NCBI GenBank assembly: GCA_030263685.1
Contig: SZPJ01000003.1
Location: 336,073 to 400,072 of the forward strand
DNA from: Chloroflexi bacterium CFX3
GTDB lineage: Bacteria; Chloroflexota; Anaerolineae; Aggregatilineales; UBA2796
DNA length: 64,000 nucleotides
Reading direction: 5' to 3'
Shown: piece after piece, positions 17,498-27,034 of the stretch
How positions within the stretch are numbered: the stretch's first letter is position 1
How the letters are laid out: each line of letters starts with the position of its first letter
The notes under the pieces: model-generated
Told to the model about the DNA's origin: nothing
What the model saw: only the letters and a program-made list of their open reading frames with translations
Databases searched by the model: none
Made by a program: the position numbers and the translations under genes

Positions 17498-17917
17498 TTA
17501 ATCAGACTTCTGAAGCTCCGAACGGCAATAGGCAAGCGCTTCTTCTTCGGTGGCAAGGGCGCGGGCTGCCTCACAGCCGCCACACTGCTTTTGCGGGATG
17601 GCACGGTTGCCCATCTCGACCAGTTCACTATCGCCGATGGTCACGAAGCGCATCGGCACTTGCGCCAAAGAGCGGCGCACCATGTCCAAACCGTCTACCA
17701 TTGCGTCAAAGGTGATCGGGATACCGCGCAAATCCGAGACGGCAAAGAAGGTTGAGCGCACCTCCGTAGCGAAATCGGCAATGGCTTGCACAACATTCTC
17801 AGCGCCGCTAAGCGGCATCTGGTAGCGTAGGACTAAAATACGTTCGTCAACATTTGGCTCAATCTGAATAGGTACACACCCTTTCACTAGGAAACGAAGG
17901 CTGTGTATACAGTACAA
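17498..17917 (-). CDS. Small α/β protein (~130-139 aa), copy 3 of 3 tandem paralogs, the most divergent
   Basis: 'PIQIEPNVDERILVLRYQMP...ALATEEEALAYC'. It carries a CGGC motif in place of YGSF. The start is ambiguous: TTG at 17917 with an AAAGG RBS, or GTG at 17887. Confidence 0.55.
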   Translation of the reverse strand: MYCIHSLRFLVKGCVPIQIEPNVDERILVLRYQMPLSGAENVVQAIADFATEVRSTFFAVSDLRGIPITFDAMVDGLDMVRRSLAQVPMRFVTIGDSELVEMGNRAIPQKQCGGCEAARALATEEEALAYCRSELQKSD

Positions 17918-18020
17918 CAGCCTTTCTGTGAAAGTACATTACATTCGCTAAATTGTGAGGGAACTGTGATGTATTGGCGCGCAATACTTCTCTTAGTGCG
18001 CCGATATAGGCGGGCTATGA

Positions 18021-19064
18021 TTAGTGGGCGCGTGTGGCGCGCCGTGCTGCCAAGCCAACGATCAGGTTTGCCAGCAGTGCTTGCAGCAGCACATAGCCTA
18101 AGAATGCCAAGCCAATGAAGATGCCGTAATCGTAATCTGCCCACATGCGCTGCACATAGGGCAAATGGAGCGCAGTCAAGCCTAGATCGCCTTCTGCAAT
18201 GCCGAAGAACACACCTAGCCAGCCGAGCGTCGGTGACGGTGCGTTGCCGGCGAAAGAAGCATTCAGCGCGCCGAACGGACTCAAAGTGAGGGCTGAAGCG
18301 CCCACCCACAGCGCCCAACCCGTGATCAGGATGCGTCCTACCACCAAGCCGGACTGCCCTAGCGCACTGCTCAGCCGCGTGCGCGCCAAGGTGCCGATCA
18401 ACATGCCAAGCGCGGCGTCGAAGGCGAGCGCCGTAAAAGGTGCGATCAAGGCTGCCGTCATGCCCAAAGCAGTGATAATTATGCCGCTAGTCACACCGAT
18501 AGACTCGGCCATATCTCGCGCTAGATACGGCTCACCAAACGGGACAGTGCCGCCGATCAGAATGTCAATATATTTACCTTGAAAGGTGGTCAGGTCGTAG
18601 AGCGCGATCAAGATAAAGAGGATGCGTGCCAGCGTCAGAATGATTAGAACAGGCAGCAGGCGGTAAAAGGCGGCTGCCCAACGCGCTTTCATGGTCAGCA
18701 GCGCGCCATCGGTGGTGATCTTGAGCGTATCCCATGTCTGTTGGCGTTCTTCCGTGGCAATCACGCCAATGGTGGCGCTCATCGCCACAAGGCGCATCAG
18801 AAGTTGCAGTGCGATCAACGCCCAGTAGAGCGTCAGGTAAATGGCATCAAAGCGGTTGGCAGTTTCGATGGGCTGTGTGCCAAAGCGTGTGGCAATTATC
18901 CAGCCGCCCAGCGGCAGCAGTGCAATCAGAAAAGCAATGCTCAGCCAGCGCAAAATTTGGTTGCCGCGTGAGGTGCGCCGCCCTTCGCGCAAGAGCAGAT
19001 AGCGCATAATGGGATGGTCGGGGCGGGCAAAGGCGGGCAATTGAGCGTAAAACCGTCGCAGCAT
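18021..19064 (-). CDS. Polytopic integral membrane protein, function unknown
   Basis: Eight or more hydrophobic helices over 347 aa. It lies directly upstream of, and co-directional with, the paralog triplet (gap ~100 nt). Confidence 0.5.
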   Translation of the reverse strand: MLRRFYAQLPAFARPDHPIMRYLLLREGRRTSRGNQILRWLSIAFLIALLPLGGWIIATRFGTQPIETANRFDAIYLTLYWALIALQLLMRLVAMSATIGVIATEERQQTWDTLKITTDGALLTMKARWAAAFYRLLPVLIILTLARILFILIALYDLTTFQGKYIDILIGGTVPFGEPYLARDMAESIGVTSGIIITALGMTAALIAPFTALAFDAALGMLIGTLARTRLSSALGQSGLVVGRILITGWALWVGASALTLSPFGALNASFAGNAPSPTLGWLGVFFGIAEGDLGLTALHLPYVQRMWADYDYGIFIGLAFLGYVLLQALLANLIVGLAARRATRAH

Positions 19065-19293
19065 AGCTTAGAGCCTCGATCTCTTTGAGTGTGCTAGGCA
19101 GCATTGTACCCATAATCTACCGAAAGGCGAAAATCGCCGTGCGGGGCGGGCTTTAAGGTAAGGCAAATCTTTTGGGCTTGTTATGGGCGATTCGCACAAT
19201 ATTGTCAGGATAGACCACACCCTTTACGCTCCGTTTTTGCGCCGCACTGCCAAGTTGGGTAGGATTGCCCACGCTTACCATAAGGAGTCTACA

Positions 19294-19866
19294 GTGGCAA
19301 AAGTACACGAGCAGATTACCGACGAGCTGCGCGCTTGGATTGAGCAGCAGCGCCTTTTTTTTGTTGCCAGCGCACCCCTAACTGCCGATGGGCATATCAA
19401 CCTCTCGCCCAAAGGGCATGACTGCTTGCGCGTGCTGGACGCACATACCGTTGGCTACTTAGACTTGACCGGCAGCGGCAACGAGACTTCTGCCCACATT
19501 TTGGAGAATGGACGCCTAACCCTGATGTGGTGCGCCTTTGAAGGTGCGCCGCGTATTCTGCGCCTTTTTGGGCGTGGCGAGGTCGTGCTGCGCGATACAC
19601 CGCGTTGGGCAGCCCTTGCGCCGCATTTTCCACTGGCAAGCGATGTCGGTGCGCGCCAAATCGTGCTGAACCATGTGGAGCGCGTGCAGACTTCGTGCGG
19701 CTTTGCCGTGCCGCTTTTCACTTATGAGGGTGAGCGCGATGCCCTTCGCAAGTGGTCAGCAGTGAAAGGCGAGGCAGGCGTTAGCGCCTATTGGGAAGAA
19801 AAGAACGTGCAGAGCATAGACGGCTTGCCAACGCCCTTAGGACAACACATCAGCAGCGAGGCATAG
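19294..19866 (+). CDS. Pyridoxamine 5'-phosphate oxidase-like FMN-binding split-barrel protein
   Basis: 'RLFFVASAPLTADGHINLSPKG' and 'GRLTLMWCAFEG' are PNPOx-family patterns. The GTG start has an AAGGAG RBS 6 nt upstream. Confidence 0.65.
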   Translation: MAKVHEQITDELRAWIEQQRLFFVASAPLTADGHINLSPKGHDCLRVLDAHTVGYLDLTGSGNETSAHILENGRLTLMWCAFEGAPRILRLFGRGEVVLRDTPRWAALAPHFPLASDVGARQIVLNHVERVQTSCGFAVPLFTYEGERDALRKWSAVKGEAGVSAYWEEKNVQSIDGLPTPLGQHISSEA

Positions 19867-19881
19867 CCGAAGGACGCGGGC

Positions 19882-20772
19882 ATGGCATTTGAAGTCGTTC
19901 AGCTTGCCGAAGGCTGCTACCACCTGCAAAGCGGCGCCAACGTCGGTGTGCTGGTGCAGGGCGATCAGGCGCTTGTAATTGATGCCGGCTTAGATGATGA
20001 TTTGGGCAAGCGCATCAAGCGGACGTTGGAGTCGCTTGGTGTGCGGCTTGGCGCGCTGATCCTGACGCACGGTCACGCTGATCACTTCGGCGGGGCTGCC
20101 TATCTACGGCGGGTGCTGCCGCCTTTTCCTGTCTATGCGCCACACCTGGAAGCAGCTTTTATCAGCAATCCCGCTTTAGAGGGCATCATGCTCTCGGCGG
20201 GCGCGGCGCCGATTGATCAATTGAAGGGCAAATTCACGCTGGCACAGCCTTGCCCTGTAGATCACCTGCTTGAGGTGGGCAGACTGGGCTTGCTCGGCAT
20301 TGATGTGGAGATCGTGCCGTTAGCAGGGCATTCGCCGAACCAAATCGGCGTGCGCTATGGGAATATCCTGTTCAGCGCCGATGCTTTTCTGCCCATCCCA
20401 ACCTTGCAGAAATATCCCGTGCAGTTCACAGTGCATATGGGGCAAGCACTGGAGACGCTGGAACGGCTGAACGCACTGGAGGGTGTGCTGTTTGCGCCCG
20501 GACACGGCACGCACCTAACCGATGCACGGGAGACCATCGCTGCCAACGGTGCTGCTTTGCGCCGCGTGATCGAGACGACCGCCGCGCAGTTACGCGCCGC
20601 ACCTGCCAACGACGGCACGCTCACACAGCAGGTTTGCGCTGCGCTCGGTGATCGGTTGCCGAACGCGGTTAGCTACGGGCTGGCGCGGGCAGCGGTGCAG
20701 GCGGCGTTGGTCTACCTTTATGAGCAAGGGCAGGCTGAAATCACGGCGGGCGGCGCCTGGCGGCTGAAATGA
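19882..20772 (+). CDS. MBL-fold metallo-hydrolase
   Basis: 'ILTHGHADHFGG' is the HxHxDH motif, with downstream His/Asp ligands ('AGHSP', 'PGHG'). Confidence 0.8.
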   Translation: MAFEVVQLAEGCYHLQSGANVGVLVQGDQALVIDAGLDDDLGKRIKRTLESLGVRLGALILTHGHADHFGGAAYLRRVLPPFPVYAPHLEAAFISNPALEGIMLSAGAAPIDQLKGKFTLAQPCPVDHLLEVGRLGLLGIDVEIVPLAGHSPNQIGVRYGNILFSADAFLPIPTLQKYPVQFTVHMGQALETLERLNALEGVLFAPGHGTHLTDARETIAANGAALRRVIETTAAQLRAAPANDGTLTQQVCAALGDRLPNAVSYGLARAAVQAALVYLYEQGQAEITAGGAWRLK

Positions 20773-20895
20773 AGGCGGGCATAGGCTGATCCGCTGACAA
20801 GAACGCGCCTGATTGTTACACGGATACCTTGCACAGACGCGGCAAGGCATATCTGCCCAGTGTCTTATCAAGCGAGAAGGCGATATGGGTTGCCT

Positions 20896-21366
20896 CTAGC
20901 CTTCGTCTTCGCGCCCTGCCCGATAGCGTGAATCTACGGCGTTCATCTTGGCAACTTTCGGCGCAGAGCGCCCGCCGGCAAACTCAGAGGCAAGCCATGC
21001 TTCAAGGATGCTCTTGGCAAGTTCCGCGCCGATCACGCGTGCGCCCATCGTGATGACCTGAGCATCGTTGCTTTTGCGCGCACGCTCTGCCGAGTAGGTA
21101 TCGTGGCAGAGGGCAGCACGCACATTCGGCACTTTGTTGGCAGTGATGCACATGCCGATGCCTGTCCCGCACACCAAAATGGCGCGCTCTGCCTCACCTT
21201 TGGAGACAGCCATTGCCACTTGCTCGGCAATATCGGGATAATCCACAGGATCGGTGCTGTGAACACCAAAATCCTGCACTTCTATCTCAGGTTTGCCGCG
21301 CAAGAATTCGCGCACCACGTCCAGCAGCGGCAGCCCTGCTTCATCACAGCCAATGGCGATTTTCAT
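20896..21366 (-). CDS. rpiB: Ribose-5-phosphate isomerase B
   Basis: 'MKIAIGCDEAG' and 'ILVCGTGIGMCITANK' are RpiB/LacAB motifs. The start is at MKIAIG, not at the upstream ORF-track start. Confidence 0.85.
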   Translation of the reverse strand: MKIAIGCDEAGLPLLDVVREFLRGKPEIEVQDFGVHSTDPVDYPDIAEQVAMAVSKGEAERAILVCGTGIGMCITANKVPNVRAALCHDTYSAERARKSNDAQVITMGARVIGAELAKSILEAWLASEFAGGRSAPKVAKMNAVDSRYRAGREDEG

Positions 21367-21404
21367 AGCCAAAATACCACCCTCTAAGACCAAGTAACCG
21401 TACT

Positions 21405-22556
21405 TTAACCACCCACCGTCTCGCTGATCAGGCGATCCATCACCAAGCGGAACGCCTCATCGCTGGTACAGCCATCATCCAACGCCTGATAGTAAGTTGC
21501 CAATTGGCGGTCGGCGCTGGTGCCGTTCTGCAAAATGTGCCGCACATATTCTACCTCGCGCCGTGTGCCTAGTCCATCTAGCACATCGTCCACAAAGGTC
21601 AGTGTTTCTTCCCACAGTTGGGCAATTGGCACAGGTTTGCCAAGCCCAAAGTCAATCAGTTCACCCTCAATGCCATAGCGCTGAGCGCGCCACTTGTTCT
21701 CGCGCAGCAGTTCAGTGCGGTAGAGCCGCCATGATTGGTTCTGGGCGCGCAGCTTGAGCAGCTTCACCACCAACGCTTGAATGACCGCCGTAATGCAGAC
21801 CGCCTCATCCACCGTGCTGCATACATCTGGCACGCGCACTTCAAGCGTCCCCACCCGTGGATTAGGGCGCACGTCCCACCAAATGCGGGATGGGTCTTTG
21901 CCGCCGCCCTTGCTGAGTGAGCCGGCGTTGGCAAAAACATCTACCATGCGGTCGTATTCTTCATAGCTGCTGAAGACGGGCGGAATACCCGTGCGCGGCA
22001 AATTCTCAAAGACCACGCAGCGGTAGCTCTTTAAGCCGGTGTTGCGCCCGTGCCAAAAGGGCGAACTGGTGGAAAGCGCCAAGATTTGCGGCAGAAAATA
22101 GCGGAGCTGATTCATCACATCAATGAGCAGAGCGCGTGCCTCGTCCGTCTCGCCAAAGCCGAGATGGATATGCATCCCAAAGATGACCAAACGGCGCGCC
22201 ACATACTGCATATCGGTCGCTAATTCACTGTAGCGCTCGCCTTCGCTGATCTCTTGCTCATGCACTTCGGAGAATGGGTGTGTGGCAGCCGCCACAATGC
22301 GCTTGCCGAATGCCTCTGCCGCCGCGTTCACGCCGCGCCGTAGGTGGATCAACTGCTCGCGCACTTCGCTCACAGTATGGCAGATGCCCGTCGCAATCTC
22401 GATCTGTGATTGCATGAATTCCGCCTTCACCTGATCGCCAAGCGTTTGGCGGCTGCGCGCCAGCACGTCGCGCACAGCAGGCGAAAGCGCCCGCGTTTGC
22501 GCGTCTATGATCATATATTCTTCTTCGACGCCAAGCGTAAGCGGTGGACGAAACAT
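21405..22556 (-). CDS. Glutamate--cysteine ligase family 2 (YbdK-type carboxylate-amine ligase)
   Basis: 'LTLGVEEEYMIID' and 'FGMHIHLG' are GCS2 motifs. A GGGAG RBS precedes the start. The stop lies 11 nt before the rpiB start, suggesting an operon. Confidence 0.8.
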   Translation of the reverse strand: MFRPPLTLGVEEEYMIIDAQTRALSPAVRDVLARSRQTLGDQVKAEFMQSQIEIATGICHTVSEVREQLIHLRRGVNAAAEAFGKRIVAAATHPFSEVHEQEISEGERYSELATDMQYVARRLVIFGMHIHLGFGETDEARALLIDVMNQLRYFLPQILALSTSSPFWHGRNTGLKSYRCVVFENLPRTGIPPVFSSYEEYDRMVDVFANAGSLSKGGGKDPSRIWWDVRPNPRVGTLEVRVPDVCSTVDEAVCITAVIQALVVKLLKLRAQNQSWRLYRTELLRENKWRAQRYGIEGELIDFGLGKPVPIAQLWEETLTFVDDVLDGLGTRREVEYVRHILQNGTSADRQLATYYQALDDGCTSDEAFRLVMDRLISETVGG

Positions 22557-22648
22557 AGCGCGGCTGCTCCCGAAAACTGCATATAGCACTTGGCAGATTG
22601 TAGCGCGTTTGCAGAAAATTCCCTAGCACGGCGCCCGCCGCAGCCTCT

Positions 22649-22677
22649 CTAGACAAGCGCCCGCCTTTTTGCTACAA
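22649..22677 (+). promoter_or_regulatory. Promoter candidate TAGACA-17 nt-TACAAT upstream of rpsT
   Basis: The hexamers have the correct 17-nt spacing, about 45 nt upstream of the rpsT TTG start. Confidence 0.35.
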
Positions 22678-22722
22678 TGCAGCACACTAAAACGCTGTTC
22701 GATCACCCATATAGGGAGCTTA

Positions 22723-23010
22723 GAGAGACCATTGGCTAATCATAAGTCTGCCATTAAGCGGATTCGCGTGAATAAACGCCGCCGCACCGAGAACCGTCTG
22801 CACGTCAGCCGCACGCGCACCAAGCTGCGCCAAGCCCGCGAAAGCCTCGCCAGCGGCGATTATCAGGCTGCCCGTGAAGCAACACTGACCGCCATCCGCG
22901 TGTTGGACAAGGCAGTTAGCAGCGGTATTTTGCACCGCAACAATGCCGCCCGCCGTAAAAGCCGCCTGATGGCACGCCTCAACGCGCTTGAAGCCGCTCA
23001 TAAAGCCTAA
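22723..23010 (+). CDS. rpsT: 30S ribosomal protein S20
   Basis: 'ANHKSAIKRIRVNKRRRTENR' is the S20 N-terminus. TTG start with a GGGAG RBS; ~95 aa. Confidence 0.85.
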   Translation, partial: ERPLANHKSAIKRIRVNKRRRTENRLHVSRTRTKLRQARESLASGDYQAAREATLTAIRVLDKAVSSGILHRNNAARRKSRLMARLNALEAAHKA

Positions 23011-23047
23011 ATTTCGCCGTTTTCGCCTGCGCTATGCGGAGTATCGT

Positions 23048-24223
23048 TTGAGCAAAGTTGCCAACCTCGCTGCGACCCCTGCCTTCAGCGCGCTGCGTGC
23101 GGCACTCCAAGCGCATCAGGCATCCCTCCTTGAGGAAGCGATCACCATCCAGCAGATCGCTGCCCCAACCTTTGAAGAAGCGCAGCGCGCCGCCTATGTG
23201 CAGGCGCGCTTTGCTGCGTTGCCCGCCCTTGATCCCAGCAGCATCAGCACGGATGCATTGCTGAATGTGTATGCCTGCCTGCGCGGCAGCGATCCGCGCC
23301 GTCCAGCGTTGCTGGTCAGCGCGCATACGGATACGGTCTTCCAGCGCGAAACGCCCTTAACGGTTACCCAAACGACGGATACGATCTGCGCGCCCGGCAT
23401 TGGGGATAACAGCCTTGGCGTGGCAGCCCTGCTTAAGGCGGCGGAACTGCTCTGCCAAAACGGGGTGCGCCTGCCCGCCGATGTGTGGTTTGTGGCAAAC
23501 AGCCGCGAAGAAGGACTGGGCAACCTAGACGGCATTCGGGCAGTCTATCAGCGTTTGGGCAGCCAGCTTGGCAGCGCCATCGTGATTGAAGGCATGGCGC
23601 TTGGGCATGTCTACATCGGCGGCATTGCCGTGCGGCGCTTGCAGATTAGCTGCCACACGGCGGGCGGGCATAGCTGGCTGCATTTTGGGCGACCAAGCGC
23701 CATTCACAACCTGATGCGGCTTGGTGCACAAATCAGTGCGCTGCGCCCACCCGAAGCACCGCGCACCACCTATAACATTGGCGTGATCGAAGGCGGGCGT
23801 TCGGTGAACACCATTGCCGCAGATGCCTCGCTGCTGCTCGATATGCGCTCTGAGACACGCGATGGGCTGGCAGCGCTAGAGCGCAGCGTGCGAAACCTGA
23901 TCGAGCAGAACCGTATGCCGGACGTGCGTTTTGAGGTGGCGACCGTTGGAGACCGTCCCTCTGGCAGCATTCCGCGCAGCCATCCGCTGGCAGCACTGGC
24001 GGAAGAAACGCTTGGCTATCTGGGCATTGTGCCAGTCTTTGAGCATGGCAGCACGGATGCAAACGTCCTCTTGGCGGAAGGCTTGCCAACCATCACCATT
24101 GGCATCACACGCGGCGGCAACGCACACCGTGATGACGAATTTATCGAGACTGCGCCCATTCCAGAGGGCATGTGGCAACTTTTGCTGCTGATCGGTGCGG
24201 CAGCAGATTTACCCAGCGCCTAA
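23048..24223 (+). CDS. M20-family metallopeptidase (ArgE/DapE/acetylornithine deacetylase-like)
   Basis: 'LLVSAHTDTV', 'GIGDNSLGVAAL' and 'FVANSREEG' are M20 metal-binding motifs. The start is uncertain: TTG at 23048 with a GGAG RBS, while the ORF track extends to 22988 and overlaps rpsT. Confidence 0.7.
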   Translation: MSKVANLAATPAFSALRAALQAHQASLLEEAITIQQIAAPTFEEAQRAAYVQARFAALPALDPSSISTDALLNVYACLRGSDPRRPALLVSAHTDTVFQRETPLTVTQTTDTICAPGIGDNSLGVAALLKAAELLCQNGVRLPADVWFVANSREEGLGNLDGIRAVYQRLGSQLGSAIVIEGMALGHVYIGGIAVRRLQISCHTAGGHSWLHFGRPSAIHNLMRLGAQISALRPPEAPRTTYNIGVIEGGRSVNTIAADASLLLDMRSETRDGLAALERSVRNLIEQNRMPDVRFEVATVGDRPSGSIPRSHPLAALAEETLGYLGIVPVFEHGSTDANVLLAEGLPTITIGITRGGNAHRDDEFIETAPIPEGMWQLLLLIGAAADLPSA

Positions 24224-24299
24224 ACTGCAACGCGCCCTGTGAGGGGGAACACAAGGCGCGCTGCTGCGGTTGATTCAAAGGTGGATTGGGCGTGTGCTG

Positions 24300-25778
24300 T
24301 TAATCCATGCTGTTCACGAAAACGTCCTGACGCTGCGGCGCTTCGCGCTCGAATTCGCCAAGGTTAATGCGGCTAAGGATGAACAACGTCACCACAAAGC
24401 CAACGCTCTGGATCAAATATACGCTGCCATAGGCAACTGCCTTGTTGCCGCCCACAAAGACCAGCGCCACATCAAAGAGGATGCCGCCTAAGGCGACGCC
24501 TGAGCCACGCGCCAACGTCGAGGCGACCGTCCACAAGGCGAGGTAAAGCCCGGCCCCCCAAACACGGGTCATCGCCATCATCAGGCCGAGCGTGCCAACT
24601 GTCCACATGCCTAACCCCAAGCCCATCGTCACCAAACCGATGGTCACCAACGGGCGAATGTGCAGCACTGCACAGAAGGTGAACATCACAAAGGTGATGA
24701 TGAGCATGATGACGCCCCAGCGCGAGAGCGATATATTGTTCACCCGCTGCGGAAAGCGGCGCCCAGCGAACAAGCTCAGCACGATTGATAGCAAGGTCAT
24801 GCTGCCCCAGTAGGCAGAAAAGCGGTTCGTCGTTGCCAGCGGCATCCCGAATACTTCGCCGGCAAATGGCTCCAGCAGCACATCTTGCGCGTAAAACAAA
24901 GCGGTGGTCATCAGCAGGAACAGGAAGAACAAGCGTGTTTGGCGGCTTGCCCACACCTGCCTAATCGTCTGCCAAAAGGGCGTGGCTGCCTCAGGTGTGC
25001 CGTCAGTGCGCTGCTTAATCGGCGTTTCTTCGCCAATGAGCGAGAACACCCACAAGCCCATCATCACCGCTGGCGCAATCAGCATCAGCGAGAGGAAGCC
25101 ATCCCGCGAATATTCTGGCAGCAAGCGGCTGTACAGCACACCGGAGACGGCAAAGCCAAGGATCAGGAAGAACCAAATCACGCTGACGGCACGAGTACGC
25201 TGATGAGCAGGTGTGCGGTCATGCACCAACGATAGGAAGGTGGTGCTGCTGAAGGTTGAGCCAACGCTGAACAGCACGAGGGAAACCACCACACCCAGCC
25301 AGCCGAGCGCACTGCCTGCATTAGTGGTAACGGTAATGTTCATCCGTTCCAGCGAAAAATCGCGCAGCCATGGATTATAGCCGCCGGCAAGCTCCAGAGT
25401 CGAGATACCTAACAGCACATAGCTGAGCGCCATGACCAACCTGCCGCCCCACACATAGGGTAAGCGCTGATAGCCGCGCCAATTGGTGACATCAGAGCGC
25501 CGTCCAACCCAAATCGAGAGCGGCGCAAGGAAGTAGCGCAGTGCCAACAGCAGCGCGATTGGCGTTGCCGCAAAGCCTAGTTCCTTGATCATGATGCGAT
25601 TCCAGACGCCGGACGCCAAAATATCGGCAAGCGACGAGCCAATGTGGAAGGTCCCGATCTTGAGATTACGCAGCATGGTAAGGTCGCGCGGGCTGCTCTC
25701 GGCGCGTTCGGCAACTTGTTCAAGCGGCGGCGTGGCAACCTCAAGCGGTGCAGCACGGCTGTTCAGTTCTGCTTGCAT
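24300..25778 (-). CDS. MFS transporter of the PucC/LhaA (BCD, bacteriochlorophyll-delivery) family
   Basis: N-terminus 'MLRNLKIGTFHIGSSLADILASGVWNRIMIKELGFAATPIALLLALRYFLAPLSIWVGRRSDVTNWRGYQRLPYVWGG' matches the PucC-family signature region. It has about 12 TM segments. Confidence 0.6.
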   Translation of the reverse strand: MQAELNSRAAPLEVATPPLEQVAERAESSPRDLTMLRNLKIGTFHIGSSLADILASGVWNRIMIKELGFAATPIALLLALRYFLAPLSIWVGRRSDVTNWRGYQRLPYVWGGRLVMALSYVLLGISTLELAGGYNPWLRDFSLERMNITVTTNAGSALGWLGVVVSLVLFSVGSTFSSTTFLSLVHDRTPAHQRTRAVSVIWFFLILGFAVSGVLYSRLLPEYSRDGFLSLMLIAPAVMMGLWVFSLIGEETPIKQRTDGTPEAATPFWQTIRQVWASRQTRLFFLFLLMTTALFYAQDVLLEPFAGEVFGMPLATTNRFSAYWGSMTLLSIVLSLFAGRRFPQRVNNISLSRWGVIMLIITFVMFTFCAVLHIRPLVTIGLVTMGLGLGMWTVGTLGLMMAMTRVWGAGLYLALWTVASTLARGSGVALGGILFDVALVFVGGNKAVAYGSVYLIQSVGFVVTLFILSRINLGEFEREAPQRQDVFVNSMD

Positions 25779-25945
25779 AGGGTGAGAATCCTATAAAATC
25801 TACCAAAACCTAAGATATGTGCAGATTTTAGAGATTTATGGAGACTTTGGCAAGTGCAACTTGTCATCTGAAAAAGATGAGGATGCGCTGATTGTGGTTT
25901 AAGTGTGGACTGCGGATTGCCCAAAGGCGTACCTTCCACGCATAA

Positions 25946-26968
25946 TTGAGGGCGAGAGGGAGACTTTTCCGCATGAGCAATTCGCAGTCCGTACCGCCTG
26001 CGCCAACCTTACGCGGCGCATTGTGGCTTTACCTTGCCGCCTTGATCGGCACCGCGCTGATCGTGATCGGTTTGCAGGGCGCTATTCGCAGCCTTTCGCT
26101 GCTGCGCCTGATCGCGGCGTTCTTAGCGGTTGGTGTGCCGCTCTTCATCGCTGCCTTTGCGCTGCGCCTGCCCATCGCCGCCAGTTTTGGGCGCTCGCCG
26201 CGCCTGCTGCACCTTGCCGCTGCCATCCTGATCGGCGTGTTGGCGTGGCTGCCTGCCAGTTGGCTGACCTTTGCCGCCAATTACGCCTTGGATGCCGCCG
26301 TTGGCTTTTTGCCGCCGCCGCCTGCTGTCACAGAGGGTGTGTTGCCTTTCGCGGCGGTCATTCAGCTTGGCATTGTGGTGCCAACCTTGCAAGGCGCGCT
26401 TTTTTGGGCATACCTTCAGCGCAATGCAAAAGGGCTGGGCGCCAATGGCGCGGCACTGTTGGTAGCGGCGCTTTATGGATTGTTCGCGCTGGTCAGCACG
26501 GAGTTTGGTTACGCAGGCATCGTTGGCGCGCTGCTGATCGGGCTGCTGGCAGCCTTCACGACGCGCTATACCGAGTCGGCATGGGGTGGCATTGCAGTGG
26601 GTTGGGGCTACAGCCTCATGCGCCCACTGCTGGAAAACACGCCGCTAGAGGCAGAATTGTTCACGGCGCTTGGCACGGATTTGTTCGGCGGTGCGTGGTT
26701 ACTGGCTTTTGGCGGCGGCGCCTTTGCGGCGCTGTTCATCTTGCAGATGCTGCGTGCCTTTTACAGCGCACCGCCGCAACCAGACTCAGGGCGCGCGCCG
26801 TCAATGGGGCGTGCTTGGCAGGTGCCGTTGGTGATCACCTTGCTGATCTGCCTGCTGATCGGCTATAGCGAGTTTGCCTTGCGCGCACAAAATGCCGTAC
26901 CTGTGGCGCCGGCACCTGCTGATGAAGGCTCCACAGTGGTGCCAATCCGCCCGACTGCGGCGCCCTAG
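25946..26968 (+). CDS. Integral membrane protein, possibly a degenerate CPBP (CAAX-protease/Abi-like)
   Basis: Multiple TM helices. The motifs that would correspond to EExxxR, FxxxH and HxxxN are not conserved. The start may be at M10 (25973). Confidence 0.4.
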   Translation: MRARGRLFRMSNSQSVPPAPTLRGALWLYLAALIGTALIVIGLQGAIRSLSLLRLIAAFLAVGVPLFIAAFALRLPIAASFGRSPRLLHLAAAILIGVLAWLPASWLTFAANYALDAAVGFLPPPPAVTEGVLPFAAVIQLGIVVPTLQGALFWAYLQRNAKGLGANGAALLVAALYGLFALVSTEFGYAGIVGALLIGLLAAFTTRYTESAWGGIAVGWGYSLMRPLLENTPLEAELFTALGTDLFGGAWLLAFGGGAFAALFILQMLRAFYSAPPQPDSGRAPSMGRAWQVPLVITLLICLLIGYSEFALRAQNAVPVAPAPADEGSTVVPIRPTAAP

Positions 26969-27034
26969 CCAAGTTCACCATAGCCAAATGCCACGCCGTG
27001 GCGTATACTAGGTGTGTTTGCACGGAGGTGTGCC

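Noticed and set aside
25903-26868. 321-aa + strand ORF in an alternative frame of the 25946 membrane protein gene
   Set aside because: It overlaps the membrane protein in the same direction but a different frame. It is Arg/Cys/Ala-rich, whereas the 25946 frame gives coherent TM helices.
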